Source of the DNA: a virus
Length of the DNA: 64,000 nt
Virus record (IMG/VR): IMGVR_UViG_3300021438_000010
Span: 1 to 64,000 of that record
Direction: 5' to 3' (one strand)
Position 1 is the stretch's first letter, and the number at the start of each line of letters is the position of its first letter. Position numbers and translations under genes: made by a program. This document shows, piece after piece, positions 20,761 to 29,919 of the stretch. Under the pieces are notes generated by a model. It did no database searches. It saw nothing but the letters and a program-made list of their open reading frames with translations, and was not told where the DNA came from.

Positions 20761-21505
20761 GATTATCCCTTATATTATGATAAGTTTTTATATTGTTTAT
20801 TTTAAAAATGGGAAACTTGTTCTCTATGCATAAAATATCGTAATTGTCTTTTATGAGTTCATTCACAGCTTCAAAAATAAACTTTTTTTTGCTGTCTTGA
20901 GCCATTAAAAATTTCCTTAAAGTTTCTATAATTTCATGACCATTTATGAATAATATTTCAGACCAAGTTCTGTATGCTCCAAAAGAAAAATGCTGTGCCT
21001 TATTTTCTTCATTTACATTGATACCTATTTCTAAGTTTTCAATTGACCCTTTCTCAATTACTGCACAATTTTTTGCAATATCTAAAGACAACAACGTTTT
21101 TTTGTTTATAAGTAAATTTCCATCGCAGATTACTATTTTATTATTCATAGTATTATTTATGCTTATTCTAACGCTTTCGCATGAATTGCAGGAATTAAAA
21201 CATTGATTTTCTACTATTCTTATGTTTAGATCGGCATATTTTGATCTGACATATTTTATTATTTTTTCTCCATCGAATCCGACGCATAGTATAATTTCAA
21301 AATTTTTAAAAGCCCTTTTTATGGCATCTATTTGTATATCTATAAGATACTTGTTCTTTATTTTTATTAAAGACGTTGGGCCATAAGATTTCATCCTATA
21401 TCCCGGTAGATCACAAAGTAAAATAACAGTTATAAGATCTGGTATTATTAAATCATCTTTTTGTTTTATATTTTTTTTTCTAATTTTTGTTTTTATTCTT
21501 GGCAT
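20741..21505 (-). CDS. Sugar/choline-phosphate nucleotidyltransferase-like protein (degenerate signature)
   Basis: ILLCDLPGYRMKSYGPTSLIKI (cf. ILAAGxGxRM..PKxL), LCVGF, ICDGNL. Confidence 0.65.
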   Translation of the reverse strand: MPRIKTKIRKKNIKQKDDLIIPDLITVILLCDLPGYRMKSYGPTSLIKIKNKYLIDIQIDAIKRAFKNFEIILCVGFDGEKIIKYVRSKYADLNIRIVENQCFNSCNSCESVRISINNTMNNKIVICDGNLLINKKTLLSLDIAKNCAVIEKGSIENLEIGINVNEENKAQHFSFGAYRTWSEILFINGHEIIETLRKFLMAQDSKKKFIFEAVNELIKDNYDILCIENKFPIFKINNIKTYHNIRDNHEIFSV

Positions 21506-21507
21506 AC

Positions 21508-22248
21508 TTAAAACTCAACGTATAGTTTTTCGTCAATAGCTCTCTTTTTTATGTCTGGCATAATACCATCATAGTCTAAATATAAATTTGGATATATCAA
21601 TTTACACGCTAAACTAGAAATAGCCAATTTATTGTTATAACTAGCTAAAATAAATTTTGCTAAATCTTTGTTTATATGGTCGTTTATCTTATTCATAAAA
21701 ATTCCAAAGTCAGATATATTATTTTCATCTAATAGTATATGAAAGGAACTTCTGGTTTTATTCATTAAAGATGTCAAAAACTCAGATTTGTCAAAATAAG
21801 TAGAAATAGTTGAATTTTGATTATCTAAGTTTGAGTGTATATCCAAAATCATTTCTCTCTGTTCTTTGCTAGATTTATATAGATGATATAAGGTTATAGC
21901 GTATTTATATACTGGATAAGATATTTTTTGTATTTCACTCTTGATAACATCGTGGTATGTTTTATCCATGTTGCTACACTCAATCATAATATCAAAAGTT
22001 ACAGAAGATTCATTGTAAGCCCTTTGAAGATCACAAACGCCAGAATTCCAAGTGCTATCTCTATAAAGATTGCATAATTGTTTGACTACATAGAATTCCT
22101 TAGAATCGTCATATGCTTCAATTAATATATCTTTATATTTTTCTATTCTATTAGCCATGCACCCGTATTGGGTTTTACCTTCATAGATTGCAAAAACACA
22201 ATCCTTGCAACTAGTTTTGTTAGACTGATCTTGAGGCGTGGATTTCAT
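21508..22248 (-). CDS. Hypothetical protein with a Cys-rich N-terminus and a possible degenerate GT-A domain
   Basis: CKDC..C..C N-terminus; island context. Confidence 0.4.
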   Translation of the reverse strand: MKSTPQDQSNKTSCKDCVFAIYEGKTQYGCMANRIEKYKDILIEAYDDSKEFYVVKQLCNLYRDSTWNSGVCDLQRAYNESSVTFDIMIECSNMDKTYHDVIKSEIQKISYPVYKYAITLYHLYKSSKEQREMILDIHSNLDNQNSTISTYFDKSEFLTSLMNKTRSSFHILLDENNISDFGIFMNKINDHINKDLAKFILASYNNKLAISSLACKLIYPNLYLDYDGIMPDIKKRAIDEKLYVEF

Positions 22249-22636
22249 ATATTGATCCTTTTAATGTCATTTTGTCTATAGTCAGCCCCAATTCAGATAT
22301 TTTATCAAATAGTTCTTTGGAATCATAAATCGCTCTCTTTGAAAAAATTACATCATTATAAGTTTTGACATCTATAACTTTATTTATTAAATCCCTACTA
22401 ATGCAGTTAATATCTATTCCACCTATAACTAATTTTCCATTTATTCTTAAATACCTTCTTAAAGTTCTTAAAGTATTATCTAGCATGTTATATGGGATGT
22501 TTTCTATTGATTGTAGCATCAATATAGAAGATATCGAATTTTCTGGTGCATCTATAGTAAATGTACCTTCTTCCAAAAGAATCGGATTATAACCATCTAT
22601 GCACTCTTTGATATCAGTAATTATTTGTATTTTCAT
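22220..22636 (-). CDS. Truncated class I SAM methyltransferase-like protein
   Basis: ENSISSILMLQSIENI..LRRYLRINGKLVI resembles MTase motifs IV-VI; the SAM-binding GxG is absent. Confidence 0.5.
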   Translation of the reverse strand: MKIQIITDIKECIDGYNPILLEEGTFTIDAPENSISSILMLQSIENIPYNMLDNTLRTLRRYLRINGKLVIGGIDINCISRDLINKVIDVKTYNDVIFSKRAIYDSKELFDKISELGLTIDKMTLKGSIYEIHASRSV

Positions 22637-23625
22637 GTTGTAGATACCTCATATATTTTGTCAAACAATTCATTCCACTTATTTATAAATTTTTCTTCTG
22701 AAAACATTTCCAATATTGTATCTCTAGCATTTTTACCTAGTATTGATCTCAAATCTGAGTCATTCAAAACTAAATTTAAGTAATTTCTTAATTCATTTTC
22801 ATCATTCGATATAAATCCATTGTATCCATTTTTTATTATTTCTGGTATCATGCATGTTGCTGTAGATACGACAGCACATCCACATGACATAGCCTCTAGC
22901 AAAGATGTTGGAATTGGACTTAAAGTAGAGCTATTAAAGTAAACAGAACATGAAGTATAGGCATCAACTAACTCGTCTATAGACTTCGCTGGTTCAGAAA
23001 GTCCCTTAGTATCTCCAATTACTTGTACATCTAAGTTTTGAGTTACTCTTTTCCATCCAGAATAATTTAAACAATAGTCACGATTTATAAAGTCATTTGC
23101 TATAGTCAAAACTTTTTGATTTTTAATATTATCTTTTGGTGCAAATTTCTTTGAGTCTATACCATGATGTATTACTTCTCCATATATTCCCCAAGCTTTT
23201 TTGGAAAAATCTGATATAAAAACGTTAAAGTCGCCATTCATATTCTTCATTTGTTCCAACTGATCTCTAGGAGTAGTTTGAGGCGTAGGAACAGTATGCT
23301 CTAAGCAAATTATTGGTATGTTTAGCTGCTGATTTATATTTTGTGCCAGTTGGAATTGCCCAAACTTACTTTGAACTAATATAAAATCGTAGTTTATATA
23401 ATTACATAATTGATTCTTTGGCAGAATATGATAATTTATAGGAACTGGGGTTTGTTGCGTATTCCATTGCTTGGCATTATCAATATTTAAAGCGTAAAAA
23501 TCATGACCCGTTTTACACAGTTGTGTTTCATATCTTTCGTGAGTTGGAAAAGTTAGTATATTATATTTTTCCGGCTTTGTCTTGTTTGTTATATCAATTA
23601 ATCTTTCTACAGTATTATTATACAT
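22633..23625 (-). CDS. Glycosyltransferase family 4 (GT-B)
   Basis: VIHHGID, PTSLLEAMSCGCAVVST, IIKNGYNG. Confidence 0.9.
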   Translation of the reverse strand: MYNNTVERLIDITNKTKPEKYNILTFPTHERYETQLCKTGHDFYALNIDNAKQWNTQQTPVPINYHILPKNQLCNYINYDFILVQSKFGQFQLAQNINQQLNIPIICLEHTVPTPQTTPRDQLEQMKNMNGDFNVFISDFSKKAWGIYGEVIHHGIDSKKFAPKDNIKNQKVLTIANDFINRDYCLNYSGWKRVTQNLDVQVIGDTKGLSEPAKSIDELVDAYTSCSVYFNSSTLSPIPTSLLEAMSCGCAVVSTATCMIPEIIKNGYNGFISNDENELRNYLNLVLNDSDLRSILGKNARDTILEMFSEEKFINKWNELFDKIYEVSTT

Positions 23626-24730
23626 TTAATAGTTCCTTAATCAAATTTCCAACATTTTGGTAAGAAAATTCTTGTGCATCAGCAAGACCTCTGGATCTGT
23701 CAATAGATTCTCTATTTTCATAATAAAATCTCATAGCTGCTTTGATTTCATCTTCATCTGGTATAAACCAAGATTCTCTACCAGTGAAAATATTCTGAAA
23801 TGCCGCATCTGAGTGTTCACAAACTCCACGTATACCAGATATTAATGTACCAGAATCTCTATTTTTTATAAATTCTTTTGGTCCACCCTCATTGCTACAA
23901 ATTGGAGTTTTTCCAAAACACATAGCGTCAAAAGCTGGTATAGACCATCCTTCTCCATGAGTTGTATTTACTAAACAGTCACACGAATGGTGTAAAATAT
24001 CAATTTCTTCTTCTGTCATCTCATCAGATATAATTATCTCATCATGATAATCCTCTAATGATGGATAAATTCTAAGATTTTTTTTGATAGAGTTGCATAT
24101 TTCACTAACATGTTTTTGAAGTTCTTGAGGATGTATACCAAATTTTTTTACTTTTAATACTAAAGATACTGGTTCGTATCTACCAAACTCACTGTGGAAA
24201 CATCTTATTACAGTTTCTATATTTTTTCTATCATTTAGATCTGCTATATAATAAAACTTAAAGGTACTATTTTTTGATCCAAAGTTTAGTCTGCTAGAGA
24301 TTTTTTTATTATATCTTGAAAGATCAAATGCGTGTGGAGCATATTTTGCAAATTCAATACCATCGCTTTTTAAATTGTTTACCAAGTCTTTATTTGGAAC
24401 CCATACTTCATCAACCATTTTCAAATTTGACAACCAATTATTATATTTGAGTGTACTTGACTCACCAACATAATAACTAATATTTTTGTTAAATTTTGAT
24501 GTTCCAACAATATGGTGAGGTAAAACATGTTGTATGCATACTTTTACATCTGATATAGATTTTTTTTCTAACTCTAAAATTCTGTTTGGAATATCTCCTA
24601 TTTTGCTTGTCAGCTTGATATTTCTACATACAATATCAATACCAACAGAATCCATTGCCATAATTAAATCCGTAGCGGCTCTTGACCAACCGCTAGATTC
24701 TTTATAGTGTCCTATATAAAGTACTTTCAC
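23618..24730 (-). CDS. Glycosyltransferase family 4 (GT-B)
   Basis: SGWSRA, RKN, HGEGWSIPAFDAMCFG. Confidence 0.9.
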   Translation of the reverse strand: MKVLYIGHYKESSGWSRAATDLIMAMDSVGIDIVCRNIKLTSKIGDIPNRILELEKKSISDVKVCIQHVLPHHIVGTSKFNKNISYYVGESSTLKYNNWLSNLKMVDEVWVPNKDLVNNLKSDGIEFAKYAPHAFDLSRYNKKISSRLNFGSKNSTFKFYYIADLNDRKNIETVIRCFHSEFGRYEPVSLVLKVKKFGIHPQELQKHVSEICNSIKKNLRIYPSLEDYHDEIIISDEMTEEEIDILHHSCDCLVNTTHGEGWSIPAFDAMCFGKTPICSNEGGPKEFIKNRDSGTLISGIRGVCEHSDAAFQNIFTGRESWFIPDEDEIKAAMRFYYENRESIDRSRGLADAQEFSYQNVGNLIKELLNV

Positions 24731-24784
24731 TTCATTACTCCAATCTTACAAATATTTTTTGTAGTTTATATTTTTTATTATAAA

Positions 24785-26452
24785 TTACATACCTCTAGAT
24801 TTTAACATTTCGATTCTTTTGTTTTCCCAAAAATTTCTTCTCATACACAAGTGAGACATTTGTTCATAAGCGATGTCAAAATCAAATGGATTTCTAGTCT
24901 GCTTAGAATCAAAAGCGGCAGAGCTTTCGTTGAAATACATTCCGCCTGTTGTAGACGTTGCACTTCTATAAGTCAAATCTCTTACTAGTCTAGACTCAAA
25001 ATAAGAATTTATACGCTCTGGCTCTCCAAGTACTTCACTTATAAGCCATCTTGCAATCTCTTGTATCGGTGCCTGTTCTGGTATTTCTTTTGGTTTTGGT
25101 TGAGGGTTTTTGATCCTTGGTTCTGATTTCCAATTCTGAAAATTTTCAGATATTTGAACACTATCAAAATAATTTTCCCAAGCTTTGCCACTCTTATCCC
25201 ATTGATAATGTTTTAGAAATGCTTGCCTAGTCTCAAAGCCCAGCCTTTTTCTAATACTAATTGGTTGCTCAAAAAATTCCTTAAACTTCTTTGCTGCTAA
25301 CTCATTATCTGGAACTGCTCTAAAGCATCCTGTTTCAAGCTCTTTATATAAAGCCCTTGGCGTCAGAGGAGTTCCACCAAGATTCCTTACAACACTTTCC
25401 ATAGCAGAATAATCTGTTGCCATAACTGGTATTCCGCAAGCGGCGGCTTCTACTTGTGGCAATCCAAAGCCTTCGCAATTTGCATATTGTACATAAAGAT
25501 CAAACAAATTTATTATCTTAGAAAGATCTTCATATTCAACACCGTGTTTTACATTTGATAGCGAAGCACCATATTTACCAGTATACGGAGACTGTGCAAT
25601 AGCCCCTTTAAACAACGATGGAAAAGGTCTTCCTGTTTGACCGCATATATAAGTGAAATATACTTTGGATGATAATTGATATTGTTGTAAAAGTTCTGGA
25701 ATATCCCAACCTAAATCTGGATAACTAGTATGACAATATAGATAATAATTAGAGTTATCTTCTACGCTATCTAACAATAGTCTAAAGGCTTGAAACAGAT
25801 CTGGATACAACTTCCTTCTCTGGTTTCTCATGACTGTGCCAATAATTTTAGCCTCTGGATTAATTCCAAATGAAGCCCTTAATCCAGATTTGTCTTCTAT
25901 TGGTTGATATGCATTATGTGCGGAAGGAGGAGAAATCCCTATATAATTTATCTTTCCCCCAGACTGTTGTTTTAAAACTTCTCCAGCCCATTCTGAATAA
26001 GTTAAACATGCATCTGCTGATTTATAAGTTGAAACCCACTGCCTTGCTTGCGGTCTTGCGTCTACCGTTGGCATTATACACCATTTAAAATATGGCCTAA
26101 ATGGTGATCTTTCCGCAAAATCCAACATCCAAAAGTCTCGTATGTCACAAACAATATCTGGTAAGAAATCCAAACATACTGGTTCAAAAATCAATTCCCC
26201 AAATTGTGCTAGCGGATTCTGATTATATTGATTTTTCTCATCGTCAGGACACGAAGAGTCTGGAACAACGCCGTAATATTTCCAAGGTATGTTTTTAGCT
26301 CTTGAATCATGACGTTCACCATATGAAGCCATTTCAGCTAGTTCGTACTTTCCAGTACTATACAAATAATTTAATATTTCTCTAGTATAAGTAGCATAAC
26401 CGGTATTTAAGAATGTTGCTTCACTACAAAATAATATTCGTGGTTTTCTCAT
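24785..26452 (-). CDS. Glycosyltransferase family 4 (GT-B)
   Basis: TGYATY, RNQRRK, EGFGLPQVEAAACGIP. Confidence 0.9.
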   Translation of the reverse strand: MRKPRILFCSEATFLNTGYATYTREILNYLYSTGKYELAEMASYGERHDSRAKNIPWKYYGVVPDSSCPDDEKNQYNQNPLAQFGELIFEPVCLDFLPDIVCDIRDFWMLDFAERSPFRPYFKWCIMPTVDARPQARQWVSTYKSADACLTYSEWAGEVLKQQSGGKINYIGISPPSAHNAYQPIEDKSGLRASFGINPEAKIIGTVMRNQRRKLYPDLFQAFRLLLDSVEDNSNYYLYCHTSYPDLGWDIPELLQQYQLSSKVYFTYICGQTGRPFPSLFKGAIAQSPYTGKYGASLSNVKHGVEYEDLSKIINLFDLYVQYANCEGFGLPQVEAAACGIPVMATDYSAMESVVRNLGGTPLTPRALYKELETGCFRAVPDNELAAKKFKEFFEQPISIRKRLGFETRQAFLKHYQWDKSGKAWENYFDSVQISENFQNWKSEPRIKNPQPKPKEIPEQAPIQEIARWLISEVLGEPERINSYFESRLVRDLTYRSATSTTGGMYFNESSAAFDSKQTRNPFDFDIAYEQMSHLCMRRNFWENKRIEMLKSRGM

Positions 26453-26766
26453 TAGTCTTCAAAGTCCTTGTGGCAGAAATCAAATTCATTAATTCTAAAT
26501 ACTATCTCATCACTGTCCTTGGTGACATTTTTAGCAGAGGCATTAACAACTAATTTTGTACCTTTTGTAGCATACTTTTCTAAAGTCTCAGCACCAGTAT
26601 GCCAAGCCTCGCAGTTTATATAAGTTGGAATCCTGTTTTTCTCTCCGGTCTTAGTTTTACGATAAGTATATATAACCATAGTAAACTGGGCTAAAACTAT
26701 ATCTCCAACCATAGAGACTCTTGGGTTTTCAACCAAGTATCCCGTAAAAGAACATATATTCATCAA
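26452..26766 (-). CDS. ssb: Single-stranded DNA-binding protein (divergent, short)
   Basis: NICSFTGYLVENP..YINCEAW..AETLEKYATKG OB-fold pattern. Confidence 0.75.
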   Translation of the reverse strand: MMNICSFTGYLVENPRVSMVGDIVLAQFTMVIYTYRKTKTGEKNRIPTYINCEAWHTGAETLEKYATKGTKLVVNASAKNVTKDSDEIVFRINEFDFCHKDFED

Positions 26767-26816
26767 AACTCTCCTTATCTTATTATATTAGCAGCGACAT
26801 GACAAAAAAACAACTG

Positions 26817-28385
26817 TCAGATTTCATGAATTTTATCAACAATAAAAGAGGCATCATTAGCATTAACAGATCCACAAAAGATTAAATTATTACCTTCATA
26901 TAGTACATATTTATACTTTTCACGTACTTTTGGAAAGATTATAACACTATCTAATATACAAGTATCATCTTCTATTGTTAAAAATGACATAACCTGCCCC
27001 TTTGAATCACCTTTAGTAATTGTATAATCTGATAATCTCTGTATGTTAGCTACTATGCACATATCCTTGCCCTTTTTGCCATTAACAATTTCTTTACATG
27101 TAGTGTTAGCGGCAGACGTATCGGAAATTTCAACCTTAGTCATAGTAACAGGACAGCCTAAAAATTTAATTTCTTGATCTACTATCCAGCTGGGGTCATC
27201 TTCCAAATCATAAGGTGGATTGATAAGCAGTTGTATTTCATTCTCTACGGCTTGTTTTCTGTCAGCTTTGCTAGTTCCTCCACCTTCCTTTTTTGTAGGT
27301 GCTAAATCTTTTAAACAGTCTATAAAAGTATCCCATTTTTTTAGTGGATAATTATTTAATATCCAAGTCTGTTCAGATTTAGTAAGAGTTCTGTATATCT
27401 CATAGTCATATAAGGCTTTATTTCTACTGATGCTTCCTTTAAAGTTTCTAAAAAAACCTATTGAAGATAAAGCTTTAAAAGCTGTAGAACTGATATTTGC
27501 ACCAATAAATAACAAAATTTCAAGCCAAGTAAACTTGTCAACACTTTTTCCTAAATCTTGTTCTGCAACTATAATAGTCTCAATCAATTTATCTCCCGTT
27601 GCACCAGTTAATGATTTTATATCTTTGATACCAAAGTATATTTTTCCATTCTTTATATTAAACTTACGATCAAAGTTCGTTAAGCTTGGGGTTCTTGTTT
27701 CAATATCAAATAATTTAGCTTCTGATATTAATTCATAAACTTCTTGATGAGGATCTTGCTTTTCATTGGCATAGTACAAATATGATAGAAAAAACTCTTT
27801 AGTATTGTGGGCCTTAAAGTATGCACTCCAATAGGAACATACTGCATATGAAACACTGTGAGATTTATTAAAAGCATACCGTGAAGATTTTTCAATCCAT
27901 CCGAAAATTTGTTCAGCCTCGTCCTTAGAAACGATTCCAACACGCTCTGCTCCTGCTATAAATGATTTCTTAACTTCGTTCATAAGATCGGCTTTCTTCT
28001 TTCCGATAGCTTTACGAAGAACGTCAGCCTCTTGCAAATTAAATCCAGCAATTTTTTCAGCTATACGCATTGATTGTTCTTGATATACAAGAACACCATA
28101 CGTTGGTTTTAATATATCCTCTAGTGCGGGATGTAAATAGGTTACTTCTTCCCTTCCATGCTTTCTGTCTACATAACGCTGGGTCATGCTTTTACCATCA
28201 ACGAAAGCTTTCAAAGTTCCCGGTCTAATGATAGCAATTAATGCAGAAAGTTCTTCTAAATTCGTTGGTGCTAATTTCTTAGACCAAGACTTCCCAAGAT
28301 TACTTTCTAATTGAAAAATACCCTTGGTTTTACCCTCTGCAAATAATTGCCATGTTGCTTTATCATTATAATCAATATCGATCAT
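26817..28385 (-). CDS. dnaE: DNA polymerase III alpha subunit, C-terminal half (fingers, HhH, OB fold)
   Basis: GIFQLES, IRPG, TYGVLVYQEQ, ADVLRKAIGKK, YAFNKSHS, MSFLTIEDDT. Confidence 0.93.
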   Translation of the reverse strand: MIDIDYNDKATWQLFAEGKTKGIFQLESNLGKSWSKKLAPTNLEELSALIAIIRPGTLKAFVDGKSMTQRYVDRKHGREEVTYLHPALEDILKPTYGVLVYQEQSMRIAEKIAGFNLQEADVLRKAIGKKKADLMNEVKKSFIAGAERVGIVSKDEAEQIFGWIEKSSRYAFNKSHSVSYAVCSYWSAYFKAHNTKEFFLSYLYYANEKQDPHQEVYELISEAKLFDIETRTPSLTNFDRKFNIKNGKIYFGIKDIKSLTGATGDKLIETIIVAEQDLGKSVDKFTWLEILLFIGANISSTAFKALSSIGFFRNFKGSISRNKALYDYEIYRTLTKSEQTWILNNYPLKKWDTFIDCLKDLAPTKKEGGGTSKADRKQAVENEIQLLINPPYDLEDDPSWIVDQEIKFLGCPVTMTKVEISDTSAANTTCKEIVNGKKGKDMCIVANIQRLSDYTITKGDSKGQVMSFLTIEDDTCILDSVIIFPKVREKYKYVLYEGNNLIFCGSVNANDASFIVDKIHEI

Positions 28386-28732
28386 TTATTCCTCGACAAT
28401 AAGTAATTCAATGCTTGAATTAAGCCCTCTATGTTATCTCCTAATCTACTAATCCCTACATTGCAATTATTGCATAGCCATCCGCGAAATAAATCTGTTT
28501 TATGGCAATGATCTAAGTGTAATTTTCCAATTTTTCCACAACAGTCGCATTTGATCGGTTTAGTATGATTGTTTTCCTTTTTAAGTTTGATTAGTAATGC
28601 ATTTATTTTATACTCACAAGATTTACAATTTGTATATGTTCTTAATAAAGAATTATCTTCTGATCTTTGTCTATATCGAAATTCAGATTCATCCTTAAAT
28701 TGTCCACATTTTGGGCAAATCTTATTTGACAT
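28382..28732 (-). CDS. Endonuclease VII-family (HNH) homing-type endonuclease
   Basis: CPKC..CKSC zinc finger; CDCC..LHLDHCH..RGWLCNNCN..G; start placed at MSNKIC. Confidence 0.85.
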   Translation of the reverse strand: MSNKICPKCGQFKDESEFRYRQRSEDNSLLRTYTNCKSCEYKINALLIKLKKENNHTKPIKCDCCGKIGKLHLDHCHKTDLFRGWLCNNCNVGISRLGDNIEGLIQALNYLLSRNK

Positions 28733-29402
28733 ATAAATTTCCGTCAGCAAATGCCTTATCAAAGTTCATGTTCTGATATACTGCACGATGAGTCTTCATA
28801 AGCTTTATGAATATATTAGCTTCATCTTTAACGTCTTGCAATGCATCGTGTGCATTATCAAATGATAGTCCCATTCTTTCTCGTAGTGAGTCCATACTAA
28901 TAGATCTTACACTCGGATCACTCTCTGTCCAAGCAAATATACTATCCATAATGTCAATTTTGTAAACTCTACTAAATAACTTTTGCTGTTCTCTTTCCTT
29001 ATCCCAAGGACCAAATTCTTTGCACAGACGATTGATAATATGCATATCAAACCCAAGAATATTAAAACCTACAGGAATTGGATTATAAAAAGCATCGCCC
29101 TTCCAATTGTATTGATCAACAAATTTGGTAAATTTAGTCCACACTGACTTTAGAGAAGGTGCTAATTCTAATTGTTCTCTTGTCTTTTTAGTAATCTTTA
29201 ATGCTTCATCTTCAATCGGATCAAACCCTGCCGCCCTAGCTTTGTCTTCATCAAATATAGGCTTAATTTCGCTATTGAATTGTCCCTTCATTGTTAAACT
29301 TCTACCATCTAATGCTATGGCAGCAATCTGAGTTGGTTGTGTGCGATGAGGATTTCTGCTTCCAGTTTCAAAGTCAAATATAATATAGTCTCTATTAGCC
29401 AT
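28722..29402 (-). CDS. DEDDh 3'-5' exonuclease (DnaQ/epsilon-like)
   Basis: IFDFETG (ExoI), GFNILGFD (ExoII), AHDALQD (ExoIII). Confidence 0.9.
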   Translation of the reverse strand: MANRDYIIFDFETGSRNPHRTQPTQIAAIALDGRSLTMKGQFNSEIKPIFDEDKARAAGFDPIEDEALKITKKTREQLELAPSLKSVWTKFTKFVDQYNWKGDAFYNPIPVGFNILGFDMHIINRLCKEFGPWDKEREQQKLFSRVYKIDIMDSIFAWTESDPSVRSISMDSLRERMGLSFDNAHDALQDVKDEANIFIKLMKTHRAVYQNMNFDKAFADGNLYVK

Positions 29403-29919
29403 GATAGTGCAATACTCCTAATCCTTTTTCTACCTTATGAATTCTAAATGGGTATCTGGAAAGATCTATTGTGGTTCCTTTAATGGAAAAATCATCAATA
29501 CATATGTAGATATCTTGTAAATTAAAAGACAATATTTTATCAAATTGATTTTTAGTTTCGGATGGATCTACACTTCCGTCTAGATAGTAGAGGTTGTATT
29601 CTGGAGTAATATAGTCTATTCCATCACCATAACAAAGATTAACATCGTAGCCTAGCTGGCTTGAAATTAAATTTGAGTGTGCTAAATGATCCAAGGATAT
29701 ATCTGCTATAGTAAATATTCCACCATTTTTCTTTATATAGTTACCAAATATTATGTCAGACCAACCAGAACCTATCCTAAATAAATAATTATCTAGTGTT
29801 TCTATGGCACCAATTTGAAAAATATTAATAGGCTTATTAGAAAAAGTATTCAATACATTTAAAAATACTTCATCCCTTGGACTAGATATATTTATTAACT
29901 CATTTATTTTGTCTATCAT
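29395..29919 (-). CDS. Class I SAM methyltransferase-like protein
   Basis: IFQIG, TIADI, YGDG, LYYLDG and CIDD pattern typical of Methyltransf_24-like proteins. Confidence 0.6.
   Translation of the reverse strand: MIDKINELINISSPRDEVFLNVLNTFSNKPINIFQIGAIETLDNYLFRIGSGWSDIIFGNYIKKNGGIFTIADISLDHLAHSNLISSQLGYDVNLCYGDGIDYITPEYNLYYLDGSVDPSETKNQFDKILSFNLQDIYICIDDFSIKGTTIDLSRYPFRIHKVEKGLGVLHYHG

Noticed and set aside
28386-29899. Split intein or group I intron joining the dnaE halves
   Set aside because: There are no intein terminal motifs, and the interval is fully occupied by overlapping ORFs with no room for a ribozyme core
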